Origin: an uncultured Candidatus Saccharibacteria bacterium
GTDB lineage: Bacteria > Patescibacteriota > Minisyncoccia > UBA6257 > 1-14-0-10-44-23
Direction of reading: 5' to 3'
DNA: 64,000 nucleotides
Assembly: GCA_964641225.1 (NCBI GenBank)
Contig: CAZXKC010000004.1
Location: forward strand, 29,026-93,025
The notes beneath the pieces are model-generated. The model saw only the letters and a program-made list of their open reading frames with translations. It was not told the DNA's origin and ran no database searches. Within the stretch, counting starts at the first letter, position 1. Every line of letters begins with the position of its first letter. The translations under genes and the position numbers were made by a program. Below are positions 36,901 to 46,229 of the stretch, piece by piece.

Positions 36901-37516
36901 CGACGAAAAGGATATCGTTATTTACTCCTTTGTTATCCGTAGTCCAGAACAAAAGAAACGCTACTTGCCGCTGACCGGTGAAGGAGGCGATATACGCGGC
37001 GATATCAATCGCGGCAGAGTAAACGTTACCTTCTCGCGCGCCAAATTGCAGGTCCATTGTTTTATCAGTATGCCAATAACGGCATTACCCGAAGGCATTT
37101 GGATCAAAAAATATCTTGAGTACGTGCAAAAGCACGGCGAGGTAGATTTCTACGCAACAGAGCTTCGCCCCTTTGATTCATATTTTGAAGAAGAGTTTTA
37201 CGCACTTTTGAAAGCAGGTTTGAAGAAAGATTATCAAATCCGGAATCAAGTTGAGAGCTGTGGTTTTAAGCTGGATTTTGCCGTCACCAACACACGGACG
37301 GGCAAACAGATCGCTATTGAGTGTGATGGTCCAACTCATTTTGAAGACGAACTTGATGAAGAGTACGGTATTTATGTTGAGGATGACGAAGAGCGTCAGC
37401 GCGTTTTAGAGTCAGCCGGCTGGACCTTCTATCGCGTCAAATACCTTGACTGGCTCAATGAATCGTTTGATCGTAAAGCGGTAATAAAAAACCTTATTAA
37501 GTTAATGGATGATTAA
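33917..37516 (+). CDS. Upf1/Dna2-like SF1B helicase fused to a C-terminal DUF559/Vsr-like restriction-endonuclease-fold domain (Nhi-like architecture)
   Basis: Motif I IVQGPPGTGKSE, motif II YVILDEASQC, motif III GDSEQM, motif V/VI IEGIQGDEKDIVIYSF and NVTFSRAK. C-terminal IAIECDGPTHF...GWTFYRVKYLDW resembles the DUF559 core. Confidence 0.65.
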   Translation: MICSKEDFDRKVMDGLDLNKFIKYCLGYIQLTRQRAFAVQQKSAVEFPKKYFELSGLLNGEEDDALGETIALPLFYDLDPKEVKKEQRDEYEKQKMFAAKIEDIYNKYRNDPFTKQIAFSFGYFEIEIPIELEGEELESIENGESEPPPKQVKIDRYPLFSLIVKIEKEEKGKYVVYAVDQDIQVNLGVLEPVLGENLYYQLLDDVGKKEMDGLFSLPLKNIEIFTEVWHKIKTVLKHTKANFDEDSFKLEEMRIAIAPRANYFLAEDLQKLAKVDQDAMKDTSLCSWTSNEGISGTSEIPEEKDLYFPFLYDKYKLKVLSVINNKGAIVQGPPGTGKSETIANLLCHLAAHGKRVLFVSQKAQALKVVKDKLRKLDVKYLFGYIPNPSSAQLGEDDEADSISPQLAGLGAHIDSMGYKFYPRKAGIAQHGDGVSGNVSLAHPTALKAKLKNDFNQTIEVQRKAWKLDQEFKALALFDLPVGNPSAFTSNFSESNRKEVNHLKDVISSAIKTTQKYDESESKNGFDGLFGKINLREKSFATATYKIKEDIARSGFDGHAQMLRGINNFMRNMRLGGVRSELPREVRDYIDQELKKDISRNDACKLFEDLHVYFCHHENLINLEQAKKKLSATLEAIGLSDKEFGAIEEVIGKTGENVTDVKEKVLRTRVLRKELHELGKLGVNPNDVTENIKDAETERRDRVALYLQNIVNRNILEKLAQGPTIRQIVARLAKAFGKSKRAFRTFDKLRKDPDNFNAIMDLIPVWIMELDDASRIIPLEAGVFDYVILDEASQCNVAYTLPVMFRAKQALFVGDSEQMRDSTVMFKSNRSFDELARRYGVPEEMQIKASQATVQSVLDIATLRGFLPVPLRYHYRSPNELIGFSNQYFYKPKSKDLIALNNTYLTYKDTNRVMLVHEVKSDWSDEISDNANVAEASEILKLFKELRDDAKYARKSVGILTFFNAQAALLRKTFEDAGFKEDEDNFKISIIEGIQGDEKDIVIYSFVIRSPEQKKRYLPLTGEGGDIRGDINRGRVNVTFSRAKLQVHCFISMPITALPEGIWIKKYLEYVQKHGEVDFYATELRPFDSYFEEEFYALLKAGLKKDYQIRNQVESCGFKLDFAVTNTRTGKQIAIECDGPTHFEDELDEEYGIYVEDDEERQRVLESAGWTFYRVKYLDWLNESFDRKAVIKNLIKLMDD

Positions 37517-37521
37517 ACTTC

Positions 37522-38172
37522 GTGGAAGAAATCTTGTATAGAACATACGCAAAGGTTGGAGCTTTCTTTACTGGTTCTCAAAGAAGGTATTTGTTTTACT
37601 CTATAGCTTTAATGGGACTAGCTATCGCCTTATTGTCTGGATTTTATTTTCAATTCAACATTGGAACTGAAACCCTATCTCTCATTTTTAACTCAATTGT
37701 TCAATCGCTTATAGCATTGGTTGGTCTTATGGCTGTAGTAGTCGTTTTTAAGTACCAGAGTATGGCAACACGGGAAGATCGGCTTTTAGAAGAACTGAAT
37801 AAGACGACTTCAGATCTTGCAATGCTCGGCGGAAATCTAAACGCAACCTCTGGAGAAGATTTAATTAACAATATCAATCCGCACGTACCCAAAACGCCAA
37901 CTGCTAATGACGGATTTAGAACTATTAAACTCAGGCGAGTTAAGCAGGAGTTGGAAGCTCATAATTTTTTGAAAACATTTTTAGGAGATTATATGATTAA
38001 AATGAGTATTTATGGTTTTACTATAGTTTTATTAAGCTTCCTAGCTCTAATTTTCGTCCCCTACTTTTCACAGCACTATTATCTAGCAATCAGTAGTCTG
38101 TATGTCTCATTATTCTTCGTTGCTGATATACTACGGCTAGTAATCAAGATTATCGCCGAAGCCGTATCTTAA
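37522..38172 (+). CDS. Four-TM membrane protein
   Basis: Hydrophobic helices at the N- and C-termini. Follows the helicase-nuclease gene by 6 nt. Confidence 0.4.
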   Translation: MEEILYRTYAKVGAFFTGSQRRYLFYSIALMGLAIALLSGFYFQFNIGTETLSLIFNSIVQSLIALVGLMAVVVVFKYQSMATREDRLLEELNKTTSDLAMLGGNLNATSGEDLINNINPHVPKTPTANDGFRTIKLRRVKQELEAHNFLKTFLGDYMIKMSIYGFTIVLLSFLALIFVPYFSQHYYLAISSLYVSLFFVADILRLVIKIIAEAVS

Positions 38173-38178
38173 AACTTT

Positions 38179-38652
38179 ATGGACGCTGAATACGTTAAGA
38201 ATCTAATCAAGGGGAAAATTGCCGAAATTATCTTTGAGCAGATGTTTAGGGAGTCTGGGAAATACACCATACTTCATTCCGGCTATGAGTATACGCTTCC
38301 AGAGCTAGCGCAATATGGTCATCTGGCGGAAGTGAAAGCAGTTATGGAAAATATCCGCAATGCGCCGGATTTTATTCTTATCTCGCAGGATCACAAAGAA
38401 GTTCATTTGGTTGAGGTCAAATACCGCCGTCATCGCGATTCAAAAAACTTAAAAGAAGTTGTCGGCAAGACTCTAGAAATCTGGAATCCTTCTTGGTTAT
38501 TCGTTGCTTCGCCGGATGGATTTTTCTTTGAACCCTGTAATACAGTATTGAAAAATGATGGTAAGATTGGCGCACTCTACGAGAAATGGGTTGATCCCTC
38601 TATTCAAGCTCAATACCTAAAACTCCTGAATAAGTTTGAGCCGACATCCTAA
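38179..38652 (+). CDS. Small PD-(D/E)xK-fold nuclease-like protein
   Basis: PDFILISQDHKEVHLVEVKYRR gives a D...E-V-K arrangement. Overlaps the next gene by 17 nt. Confidence 0.35.
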   Translation: MDAEYVKNLIKGKIAEIIFEQMFRESGKYTILHSGYEYTLPELAQYGHLAEVKAVMENIRNAPDFILISQDHKEVHLVEVKYRRHRDSKNLKEVVGKTLEIWNPSWLFVASPDGFFFEPCNTVLKNDGKIGALYEKWVDPSIQAQYLKLLNKFEPTS

Positions 38653-39229
38653 GAGTATGGAGAAAACTGACCGATTTCAAAAACTGGTACAGCTCATTCA
38701 AGCAAAAGTATCTACTAATAAACTATTTGTAATTGGTATCTGCGGCTTCGGTGGTGCTGGGAAAACGACGACAGCCCATATGCTTGCCGAATTATTAGGC
38801 AACGCTAGCGTAATTAACGTGGATGACTTTATCGTAAATCGGCTCAAAGAGCGTTCAGCTGATTGGGATGGATTTGACTGGGAACGATTAGAAAAGGAGG
38901 TCCTTGAACCAATCAGGCAAGGTAAGACTACGATCACTTATGGCATTTACGACTGGAAGTCCGACAGCACCCCAGAAACAAAGACTTTAAGCTTAGAGAA
39001 GTACGTCATTCTTGAAGGTGTCGGTCTTTTTAAGCAAGAGTTCAAAAAGTACTTTGATTTCTTGGTATACGTTGATGTCCCGCATCATATTGCCCTAGAA
39101 CGTGGGAAGAAGCGCGACATACAAGACCATTGGGCTCTCTGGGATGATCTTTGGTCAAAGAATGACCACGACTACCACGAGAAGCATAAGCCTAAGGAGC
39201 AGGCTGATTTTATTCTTGAGAATAGCTAA
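38636..39229 (+). CDS. P-loop nucleoside/uridine-kinase-like protein
   Basis: Walker A IGICGFGGAGKTTTA and a lid-like YVILEGVGLF. Resembles the Udk/zeta-toxin kinase fold. Confidence 0.45.
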   Translation: MSRHPKSMEKTDRFQKLVQLIQAKVSTNKLFVIGICGFGGAGKTTTAHMLAELLGNASVINVDDFIVNRLKERSADWDGFDWERLEKEVLEPIRQGKTTITYGIYDWKSDSTPETKTLSLEKYVILEGVGLFKQEFKKYFDFLVYVDVPHHIALERGKKRDIQDHWALWDDLWSKNDHDYHEKHKPKEQADFILENS

Positions 39230-39326
39230 TTTGTCTTAGTTGCAAAATACCGCTAAACTCAATTTCTTGTTTAATATGACCCCAATCAACAGTTCTGAAC
39301 GCATCTAACCACTCCCGCCAGAAACA

Positions 39327-39352
39327 ACACCCGCTGCATAGCGGGTGTTTTA
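39327..39352 (+). terminator. Rho-independent terminator after the kinase-like gene
   Basis: ACACCCGCT-gcat-AGCGGGTGT followed by TTTT. Confidence 0.5.
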
Positions 39353-39360
39353 ATTCTTAA

Positions 39361-39816
39361 CTAGATACTCGCCGGGCGTCGCAGCTTCTTTTCAAACATG
39401 CCTGCCGCAGCGGCGATGACAACAGAAATAAAGGTAGTTACAATGCACATCGCAAGAAAACCCGCCGGATCATCGTCGACAGCATGAAATATACGGATAT
39501 ATACTCCGGCGCTCACGATCAAGAGAGCGAGGATGAGCGCAGAGTATTTAATAGTTTTTACAGCCTTCACAGATTCCGGCGAAAAGAGCTTATTCTGTCC
39601 GATATAGCCGAGTAATTTAAACGCTTGGTAGAGGGCAATAAAAAATGCGATCGATGCGAGATAGCCGTAGAGAATAAATGGATCAGAGTAAATACTAAGG
39701 AGATCTAAATTTGTGGCTCTGCCCTCTGTCAAAGGAAACCAGATCATGGCAACGAGCGCCAGGACGCCAATAATTACAATACCTGTACGAAGAAATACTG
39801 TTACACTTTTTTTCAT
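39361..39816 (-). CDS. Membrane protein (four TM helices)
   Basis: Hydrophobic ORF. Confidence 0.4.
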   Translation of the reverse strand: MKKSVTVFLRTGIVIIGVLALVAMIWFPLTEGRATNLDLLSIYSDPFILYGYLASIAFFIALYQAFKLLGYIGQNKLFSPESVKAVKTIKYSALILALLIVSAGVYIRIFHAVDDDPAGFLAMCIVTTFISVVIAAAAGMFEKKLRRPASI

Positions 39817-39946
39817 AACATAATAAATAGTTTGTATGTATCTAGCCTACTCTAGCACTTATCGTTTGTCAATATATTTTTATTGTTAATAAACCTAGTT
39901 CAACACCCGTCCACACCATATGTAATGCTAAACTATTAAGAGGTGT

Positions 39947-40567
39947 ATGATCTTCTTTAAAGGAATTCTTGTCGGACTTTTGATGGCCGTACCAGTTGGC
40001 CCGGTTGGAGTGCTCTGCATTGAACGAGCACTTCTTAAAGGCAGAGTATCAGGATTTTTATCAGGCCTCGGTGCAGCAACTGCAGATGCACTCTATGCCG
40101 CCGTAGGCGCCTTTGGACTGACTATTATCTCTTCATTTATCACCGAACATGACTTGTTTATTCGACTGATCGGAGGAGGTTTGATTTTATACCTGGGACT
40201 CAGTTCCCTGTTTGGACATAAAAAAACAAAATTGCCGAGACAAAACCAAATTTTTGAAAAAGGCAGCGACTATGTCTCAACATTTTTACTAACACTGACA
40301 AATCCTTCCACGATCGTTACCTTTGGCGTTGTATTTACACTCACCGGCTTTGATCCTAATCTTGTTTCAAATCTACTAACGCCTTCCGTGCTGGTAATTG
40401 GTGTCGGCGTTGGCTCAGCGCTCTGGTGGTGGATTTTAAGTTACGGCGTTGTGTTTCTCGCATCAAAAATGCCCTCATTCTCGCTGGAGATGGTTAAAAA
40501 AATCGCCGGGATACTGATCATCATCTTTGCCTTAGTAATCTTGAGCGGTATGAAATTTCACGGCTAA
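39947..40567 (+). CDS. LysE/RhtB-family amino-acid exporter
   Basis: N-terminal pattern GILVGLLMAVPVGPVGVLCIERALLKG with six TM helices. Confidence 0.55.
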   Translation: MIFFKGILVGLLMAVPVGPVGVLCIERALLKGRVSGFLSGLGAATADALYAAVGAFGLTIISSFITEHDLFIRLIGGGLILYLGLSSLFGHKKTKLPRQNQIFEKGSDYVSTFLLTLTNPSTIVTFGVVFTLTGFDPNLVSNLLTPSVLVIGVGVGSALWWWILSYGVVFLASKMPSFSLEMVKKIAGILIIIFALVILSGMKFHG

Positions 40568-40585
40568 TTTGATATCCTAAACATT

Positions 40586-40870
40586 ATGGCCACACAACAA
40601 TTACCAGAGGGCACACCATTTCAGCAACAAGTCTGGGCGGCCTTACTGACTATCCCGCGCGGGCAGACCAGGACGTATGCGCAGATAGCGGCGCAAATTG
40701 GCAGGCCAACATCAGCACGCGCAGTGGCAAATGCCTGCGGTGCAAATCCACATCCAATTGATATTCCCTGCCACAGAGTGATTGCCTCAGATGGATCGCT
40801 CGGCGGCTACTCAGGAACCGGCGGCGTCAAAACAAAAATCAAGCTGCTTAAGAAAGAAGGCGCCCTCTAA
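40586..40870 (+). CDS. MGMT-family (O6-alkylguanine-DNA alkyltransferase DNA-binding domain) protein
   Basis: IPCHRVIASDGSLGGYSGTGGVKTKIKLL (PCHR active-site motif). Confidence 0.6.
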   Translation: MATQQLPEGTPFQQQVWAALLTIPRGQTRTYAQIAAQIGRPTSARAVANACGANPHPIDIPCHRVIASDGSLGGYSGTGGVKTKIKLLKKEGAL

Positions 40871-41085
40871 ATTCGATCTAAGAGCGCGCGAAGCTCATCA
40901 ATAGTCCACTCTACCTCAGAGCGTATTTTTGCACGATTACTGCGCACCGATTCTTCGCTCGTCGGACCGCTTTGCCCATAGGGCCCAATCACCTTTTCAG
41001 TTAAATTCCGCGCGGCAGTGCGCGCTTTATCAACTAATGCCGTCTGATCGGCTGCGGCTTTCTGAGCATCAAACTCCTGCGCCAT
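40867..41085 (-). CDS. Hypothetical protein (72 aa)
   Basis: ORF only. Confidence 0.25.
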   Translation of the reverse strand: MAQEFDAQKAAADQTALVDKARTAARNLTEKVIGPYGQSGPTSEESVRSNRAKIRSEVEWTIDELRALLDRI

Positions 41086-41089
41086 AGCG

Positions 41090-42019
41090 TTATTTCGTAG
41101 CCGGACGCGGCGGGTATAGATCCATATCGATCATGCGCGTAAAGCAGGTTTGCCCGGCGCCATGCACCCAGGTTTCATTTCCAGCACCGGTGATTGGTTT
41201 AACCATACCGGTTGAATCGGTCGCCTGCAGGCTAAATGTGGCGCAGACTTCAAACGAGGTGTTACCTGTTTTTTTATAGCCATACGCAGCACCCTCTGGA
41301 TCCACCGGAACCATATAGCCGCTAATTGGATCATTTAACTGATCAAGAGAGGCCGGAAGCATTTGCTTACTTTGCCAATAATTTACGAGCTGCCACTGAA
41401 TAGTTTGCAGATCACTAACCCGCTGCATGTCATACTGTCGCTGACGCGCCGTTGTTGGTGAGCCGACAATAAAGAATCCGCCAATGATCGTGATGGCAAC
41501 AAGGGCAATTGATATATAGCGGAAAATCATTCTGCTGGGCGCATGCTTACCTGCGTCACGGCGCAGCTCGTAGTAGTAATATCCCCAGACAAGACCGCTA
41601 ACAACAGCAACTGCGAGTACCTTTAAGAAAAAGGTCAATGCAAATTCGCCCGAGAGGAATTGATAGAGTAACGCAATGACATCAATAATCAAAGCAAGGC
41701 TTGCCAGAGCAAGCGTTAGATACATCATCCACTTGCGAATCCGCAGATCTTTTTTCTCAGGGTGCTTTGCCAGATCGCGATTAATAAATCGAGTCACTAA
41801 AACATATACCGGAAATACAATTACCAGGCTGGCGATTGCCCAGCGCATTGAACCGCTAAACCAGGCAGAGCCGCCATAATAATAGCCGCCGGTAGAACCA
41901 AAGGCGAAATTAATATAGTCGTACAACAGGCTGACTAACCAACCTGCACAGTAATACAGAAATAAATTTGAGAGCACCTGCAGGAAAAAGTCCCGCGGAG
42001 AGGTTTTAATGTGTTCCAT
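41090..42019 (-). CDS. Polytopic membrane protein with a C-terminal pilin-like region
   Basis: Multiple TM helices. C-terminal motif QRQYDMQRVSDLQTIQWQLVNYW resembles type IV pilin/pseudopilin globular domains. Confidence 0.35.
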   Translation of the reverse strand: MEHIKTSPRDFFLQVLSNLFLYYCAGWLVSLLYDYINFAFGSTGGYYYGGSAWFSGSMRWAIASLVIVFPVYVLVTRFINRDLAKHPEKKDLRIRKWMMYLTLALASLALIIDVIALLYQFLSGEFALTFFLKVLAVAVVSGLVWGYYYYELRRDAGKHAPSRMIFRYISIALVAITIIGGFFIVGSPTTARQRQYDMQRVSDLQTIQWQLVNYWQSKQMLPASLDQLNDPISGYMVPVDPEGAAYGYKKTGNTSFEVCATFSLQATDSTGMVKPITGAGNETWVHGAGQTCFTRMIDMDLYPPRPATK

Positions 42020-42126
42020 ATGGTTTTAGTATAAGACGCTTTTGTGTATTTGACCATTACGTCTAACGAGGGTATAACGAAGCTACGGTTTAGCGCGTAT
42101 TAGGTAATACGCCAGCCGACGAAAGG

Positions 42127-42315
42127 ATGGTTACCGTGGAGGTAGCAAAGCTCGACAGAATGGTGGCTCGTCATCTGGGTCGCGGCAGAAGCGCTCAGGT
42201 GATCGCATCACAGATCGGTGTGCCGATCGAAGACGTCGAGGCATCGATCGCCCGACTCAAGGCGGCGGAGACGTCGCCGCAGGAACCCGCAACGCCTGAC
42301 GCGGAGAAGACCTAG
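42127..42315 (+). CDS. Small HTH-like protein in a high-GC (about 63%) patch
   Basis: RSAQVIASQIGVPIEDVEASIARLK resembles a sigma-70 region-4 or LuxR-like HTH. Confidence 0.3.
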   Translation: MVTVEVAKLDRMVARHLGRGRSAQVIASQIGVPIEDVEASIARLKAAETSPQEPATPDAEKT

Positions 42316-42627
42316 ATGGGCAACGCTACAATGCCCGTCGTGACCGACTGCCGCCACCCGGACCTGTACGGAGACGTCAGCGGATGCGTATTTTGTGAGC
42401 CCTGTCCGGACTGCACCATGCGGATTCCGGTCGAGCATCGGAACGCGCACGAGCGATCACATCGCCCCGCGCCGGCTAGACCTCCTCTGTCCGAGAATTT
42501 CATCGAGCAGGCCAGCGCAGATGCGGCAGCACTGAATCCGGAAAACGACCCACTCATCAATCAGGCTCAGGAGGCGGCCCGGCCTCGGACCGGTGCCGAA
42601 GGCGGCGCCACAATGAGCCCTGAGTAA
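42316..42627 (+). CDS. Small Cys/His-rich protein in the same high-GC patch
   Basis: CRHPDLYGDVSGCVFCEPCPDC, zinc-finger-like. Confidence 0.3.
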   Translation: MGNATMPVVTDCRHPDLYGDVSGCVFCEPCPDCTMRIPVEHRNAHERSHRPAPARPPLSENFIEQASADAAALNPENDPLINQAQEAARPRTGAEGGATMSPE

Positions 42628-42680
42628 GATGAGGGCCACGCACCACATAGGACCACGGAAGCCCGTGGTCCTTCACATTT

Positions 42681-43376
42681 TTAGGCCTTTTTTGAATGAT
42701 GCGACTGGATAGTGTCGGAGACAATAATCCCATCTTTAAGCATGATAACGCGGTGTGCTTTTCGCGCATACTCTTCTTCGTGCGTCACCATCACAATTGT
42801 CTGACCGCTCTTATGCAGATCCAAGAAGGCATCGATAACCGGACCGGCACTCGCCGAGTCTAAATTGGCGGTTGGCTCGTCGGCAAACAAAATATGCGGG
42901 TCGTGTGCAATCGCGCGCGCAATGGCCACACGCTGCTGCTGACCGCCCGAGAGCTGGCTCGGCTTGTTACTCAATTTATCTAATAAGCCTACGCGATCAA
43001 GCGCCTTCTTGGCCTTTGCTTCAGCTACTGGTTTTGCTATCTGCTGCACAAGCATAGGCAGCATCACATTTTCCAGTGAGGACAGTTCGGGTAGTAGTGC
43101 ATAATCTTGAAACACATATCCAAGCTTACTCAGTCGAAGTGCCGTCTTTTGAGTTTCGTTCATACCGGCAGTACGTACGCTGTCTAAATAAATTTCACCG
43201 GCTGTTGGCGCGTCAAGTAAAGAAAGCTGGTAGAGCAACGTTGACTTACCTGCTCCAGATGGCCCGATAATGGCGACAAATTCACCGTCTTTAATCGTTA
43301 AATCAAGGTGCTTAAGCACCTTGACCTCCAGCTCACCTTTTCCATAACTTTTTACTAATCCTTTTGCTTCGATCAT
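42681..43376 (-). CDS. ABC transporter ATP-binding protein (MacB/LolD-type)
   Basis: Walker A GPSGAGKST, ABC signature LSGGQQQRVAIARA, Walker B ILFADEPT. Confidence 0.85.
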   Translation of the reverse strand: MIEAKGLVKSYGKGELEVKVLKHLDLTIKDGEFVAIIGPSGAGKSTLLYQLSLLDAPTAGEIYLDSVRTAGMNETQKTALRLSKLGYVFQDYALLPELSSLENVMLPMLVQQIAKPVAEAKAKKALDRVGLLDKLSNKPSQLSGGQQQRVAIARAIAHDPHILFADEPTANLDSASAGPVIDAFLDLHKSGQTIVMVTHEEEYARKAHRVIMLKDGIIVSDTIQSHHSKKA

Positions 43377-43377
43377 A

Positions 43378-44688
43378 TTATCGTCCTAAAATTGCGTCGA
43401 GCGTGTTGCGACGCACAATTAATTTTGCAGGAATGTATCCGGCAATCAGGGTAACCACGAGCAAGATAATCACACGAATCGCCGCGCCATCAGGCGTGGC
43501 CACCAAAATACCATCAGAAAACGGAAAATCAATCGGGTGACCGGCAAAATACGGCTTAAGCAGTCCAAAGGTCAGGGCAAGTCCGATTGCTGAACCGATG
43601 ATACCGTAAAACATCGCCTGGAAAATATACGAAAATTCAATAATCATAGGCGTGATTCCAATACCCTTCATGATGCCGATAAATTTACGCCGGGTAATTG
43701 CGTTAATAAAGACGACGATGAAAATCGTGATCGAAGCTACAATCAGCGCGATCGATGAGAGCGCATTACCCAAAATACCGAATGTAGTCTCAACATCACG
43801 CAAAAACGAGGGCACGGCATCGCTAGCCGTCTGAATACGCGCTGCATAACCGTCCATAAAGGCAGTGAGCTCGCTCACCAGTGTCGGACCATACGAGGCG
43901 GGCGTTGTCAGTATTGCGATCTCCTGAAGCTGCTCCTGATTGACCGGCAGCATGCGCTTAAGCTCTTTGTCGGTAATAAACATACGCGTTGAGATCTGGT
44001 CCACCTTACTCTTAACAATCCCTTTGATAATAAAATCTTTAGCAATTTTATTGCCATCAGCGCTTGTTATTGAAACGCGCACACGACTACCTACATCGAC
44101 ATTAGTCAGCAAATCAAGTCCGGGAATATTTGCGTCGGCAAATGAAGAATATTTTTTAATCATATTTGCGCCAATGAGCGCATATCCCTCCTGAGAATCA
44201 GTGATCATATCGCCAAATTTTACAAACCGCGAAAACCCGGTCGCCACCTCTTCTTTAGCCAAATCAATTCCAACGAGCTGGACGCCGATTTGATTACGGC
44301 GCTCGCCTTTTGCCGGCAAATCATCAAGCGTCCCAAGCACCTGTGCCGAAGCCGTGTGACGCGGCGAAATTGCCGCGACGTGCGGGTGATGTTCTAAAAA
44401 CGAAATAAGGGCCGGTGAATTTTCAATATAATTTTTTTGCGCCGCCGAGGTAACAATCACGTCGCCTGCATAACTTGAACTAAATTGCGCAAAAGAACCC
44501 GCAATCAGTCCGACAAGCAGCCCGGAGACAACCACAAGGTTAAGGAAGGTCAGCACCATGATAAAGATAATTAACCCGGTCGTCCCCTTACTGGAATGTC
44601 GAATGCTGCGCACAGCTAAAAACCAGCCGACACGAACTGCGTTACGATAGCGAGAAAGTGTATGTGAAAACCACTTCAGCAGAGCCAT
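43378..44688 (-). CDS. ABC transporter permease (FtsX/MacB-like)
   Basis: N-terminal TM helix, large periplasmic domain, C-terminal FtsX-like 3-TM bundle. Confidence 0.7.
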   Translation of the reverse strand: MALLKWFSHTLSRYRNAVRVGWFLAVRSIRHSSKGTTGLIIFIMVLTFLNLVVVSGLLVGLIAGSFAQFSSSYAGDVIVTSAAQKNYIENSPALISFLEHHPHVAAISPRHTASAQVLGTLDDLPAKGERRNQIGVQLVGIDLAKEEVATGFSRFVKFGDMITDSQEGYALIGANMIKKYSSFADANIPGLDLLTNVDVGSRVRVSITSADGNKIAKDFIIKGIVKSKVDQISTRMFITDKELKRMLPVNQEQLQEIAILTTPASYGPTLVSELTAFMDGYAARIQTASDAVPSFLRDVETTFGILGNALSSIALIVASITIFIVVFINAITRRKFIGIMKGIGITPMIIEFSYIFQAMFYGIIGSAIGLALTFGLLKPYFAGHPIDFPFSDGILVATPDGAAIRVIILLVVTLIAGYIPAKLIVRRNTLDAILGR

Positions 44689-44693
44689 ATGCT

Positions 44694-46229
44694 CTATTGG
44701 GTGCCAACAATAATACTCTGACCAACCTCTAATCCGCTGATCACCTCGACATCGCCGACATTACCGCGCAGCCCGATAGTAACCGGAATTTTGTTCGGCT
44801 CCGCGCCCTCTGCACCCTGCGTACGCACGAATACGCCATCGGTGGTCATAGTCAGCGCGCGCTGAGGAATAACCACTACGTCCTGATGGCGATTTGTCGT
44901 AATTACAATATTGGCCGTCATACCAGAGCGAATGTGCTCATCAAGCTTAGCAAAGGTAAAGGTTGTTTTATACGTTGCAACGCCATCGACAATCGTCTCA
45001 GCCGGGTCAATCTCGCTCACTGTTGCCTCAAAGGCGGCACCATTCTTGTATGCATCAAGACCAATACTGGCCGCATCACCGACTTTAATCTTAGCAATAT
45101 CCACCTCTGGAATATTTGCAGTAACCTCTAATCCGCCCTCGCCGATAAGGTAATAGGCCTGATCAGTCGTAGTGACTAATTCGCCCACCTGCTTGCTTTT
45201 TACAGCAATAGTACCGGAAAACGGAGCGCGCAAATATGCCTCGGAAAGATTTTGCTGAGCAATCTCAAAATCCGCCTGCGCTTTTTCAAGATTTGCCTGC
45301 GCGGTGCGGTATGAGGCACCTGAAGAATTTACGTTAAGACTATTTTTCACCTTAGTATCTGCAAGCGTCGAAGAAGTTGTCGACTGCTTAGAAATTGCCG
45401 AATTTAAGTTTGTCTGCGCGGTTGAGAGCGAGTCTTTATATGACTGGAGAGTCGAGGCGCTCATCGAGCCGGCGGGTATGGCAGCGACCGCATTGATGAG
45501 CATCGTCAAACTCGATTTTATTTTTCGAAGCGGATCGGCAATTTTAAGAAGTGTCGCGTCAACTTGTTCACGCGTTGCATTTGACGGGAAATTTTCCGCA
45601 GCGGCACGCAGCACAATCACGGCGTCATCAGCGGTTTGCTTGCCATTATTTGCATCTAGAATCAATTGGCTCGTTAAAATCTGATTTGCAATGGTGCCAT
45701 TTAACCGATTTCCTGTGTCATAAAATGACACAATGGTCGCATATGACTGCTGCGTAAGGTTAACAATATCAGCAATTGTCTGCGGTGCATCAGCATACAG
45801 CAGGGTCAGAGACTGATTGTTCTTAATGCTCGTATCGCCAACATCTTGGTTGCTATTTTCAAGGGCGACTTGTGCGGTGACCAGATTTGCGCGCGCCTTA
45901 GTCACCTCTTTATTTAGCGATGAGGTATCCAGCGAGGCTAATGCCTGACCGGCAACGACCGTATCACCAACGTCAACGTTTGTACGCGCAATCACGCCGC
46001 TAATCTTAAAACGCAGCGAGGCATAGCTCTTTGGTTTAATCTGTCCGGTTGCAGCAACCGTCTCAGTAACAGTGCCGCGGGTAACCGTGGCTGTTTCATA
46101 GACCACCGGCTTGCTCTTACCAAAGAGTACATATATCAATGCAATTACGACAACGAGATATACTACGCGACGAACCCACTTTTTTGCCCAGATAGTTTTC
46201 AAACGATTTTTCATCCCGTACGAGATCAA
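44694..46229 (-). CDS. Periplasmic adaptor (HlyD/MFP-like) for the efflux ABC system
   Basis: N-terminal TM helix, long coiled-coil, beta-barrel-like C-terminal domain. Confidence 0.55.
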   Translation of the reverse strand: MISYGMKNRLKTIWAKKWVRRVVYLVVVIALIYVLFGKSKPVVYETATVTRGTVTETVAATGQIKPKSYASLRFKISGVIARTNVDVGDTVVAGQALASLDTSSLNKEVTKARANLVTAQVALENSNQDVGDTSIKNNQSLTLLYADAPQTIADIVNLTQQSYATIVSFYDTGNRLNGTIANQILTSQLILDANNGKQTADDAVIVLRAAAENFPSNATREQVDATLLKIADPLRKIKSSLTMLINAVAAIPAGSMSASTLQSYKDSLSTAQTNLNSAISKQSTTSSTLADTKVKNSLNVNSSGASYRTAQANLEKAQADFEIAQQNLSEAYLRAPFSGTIAVKSKQVGELVTTTDQAYYLIGEGGLEVTANIPEVDIAKIKVGDAASIGLDAYKNGAAFEATVSEIDPAETIVDGVATYKTTFTFAKLDEHIRSGMTANIVITTNRHQDVVVIPQRALTMTTDGVFVRTQGAEGAEPNKIPVTIGLRGNVGDVEVISGLEVGQSIIVGTQ

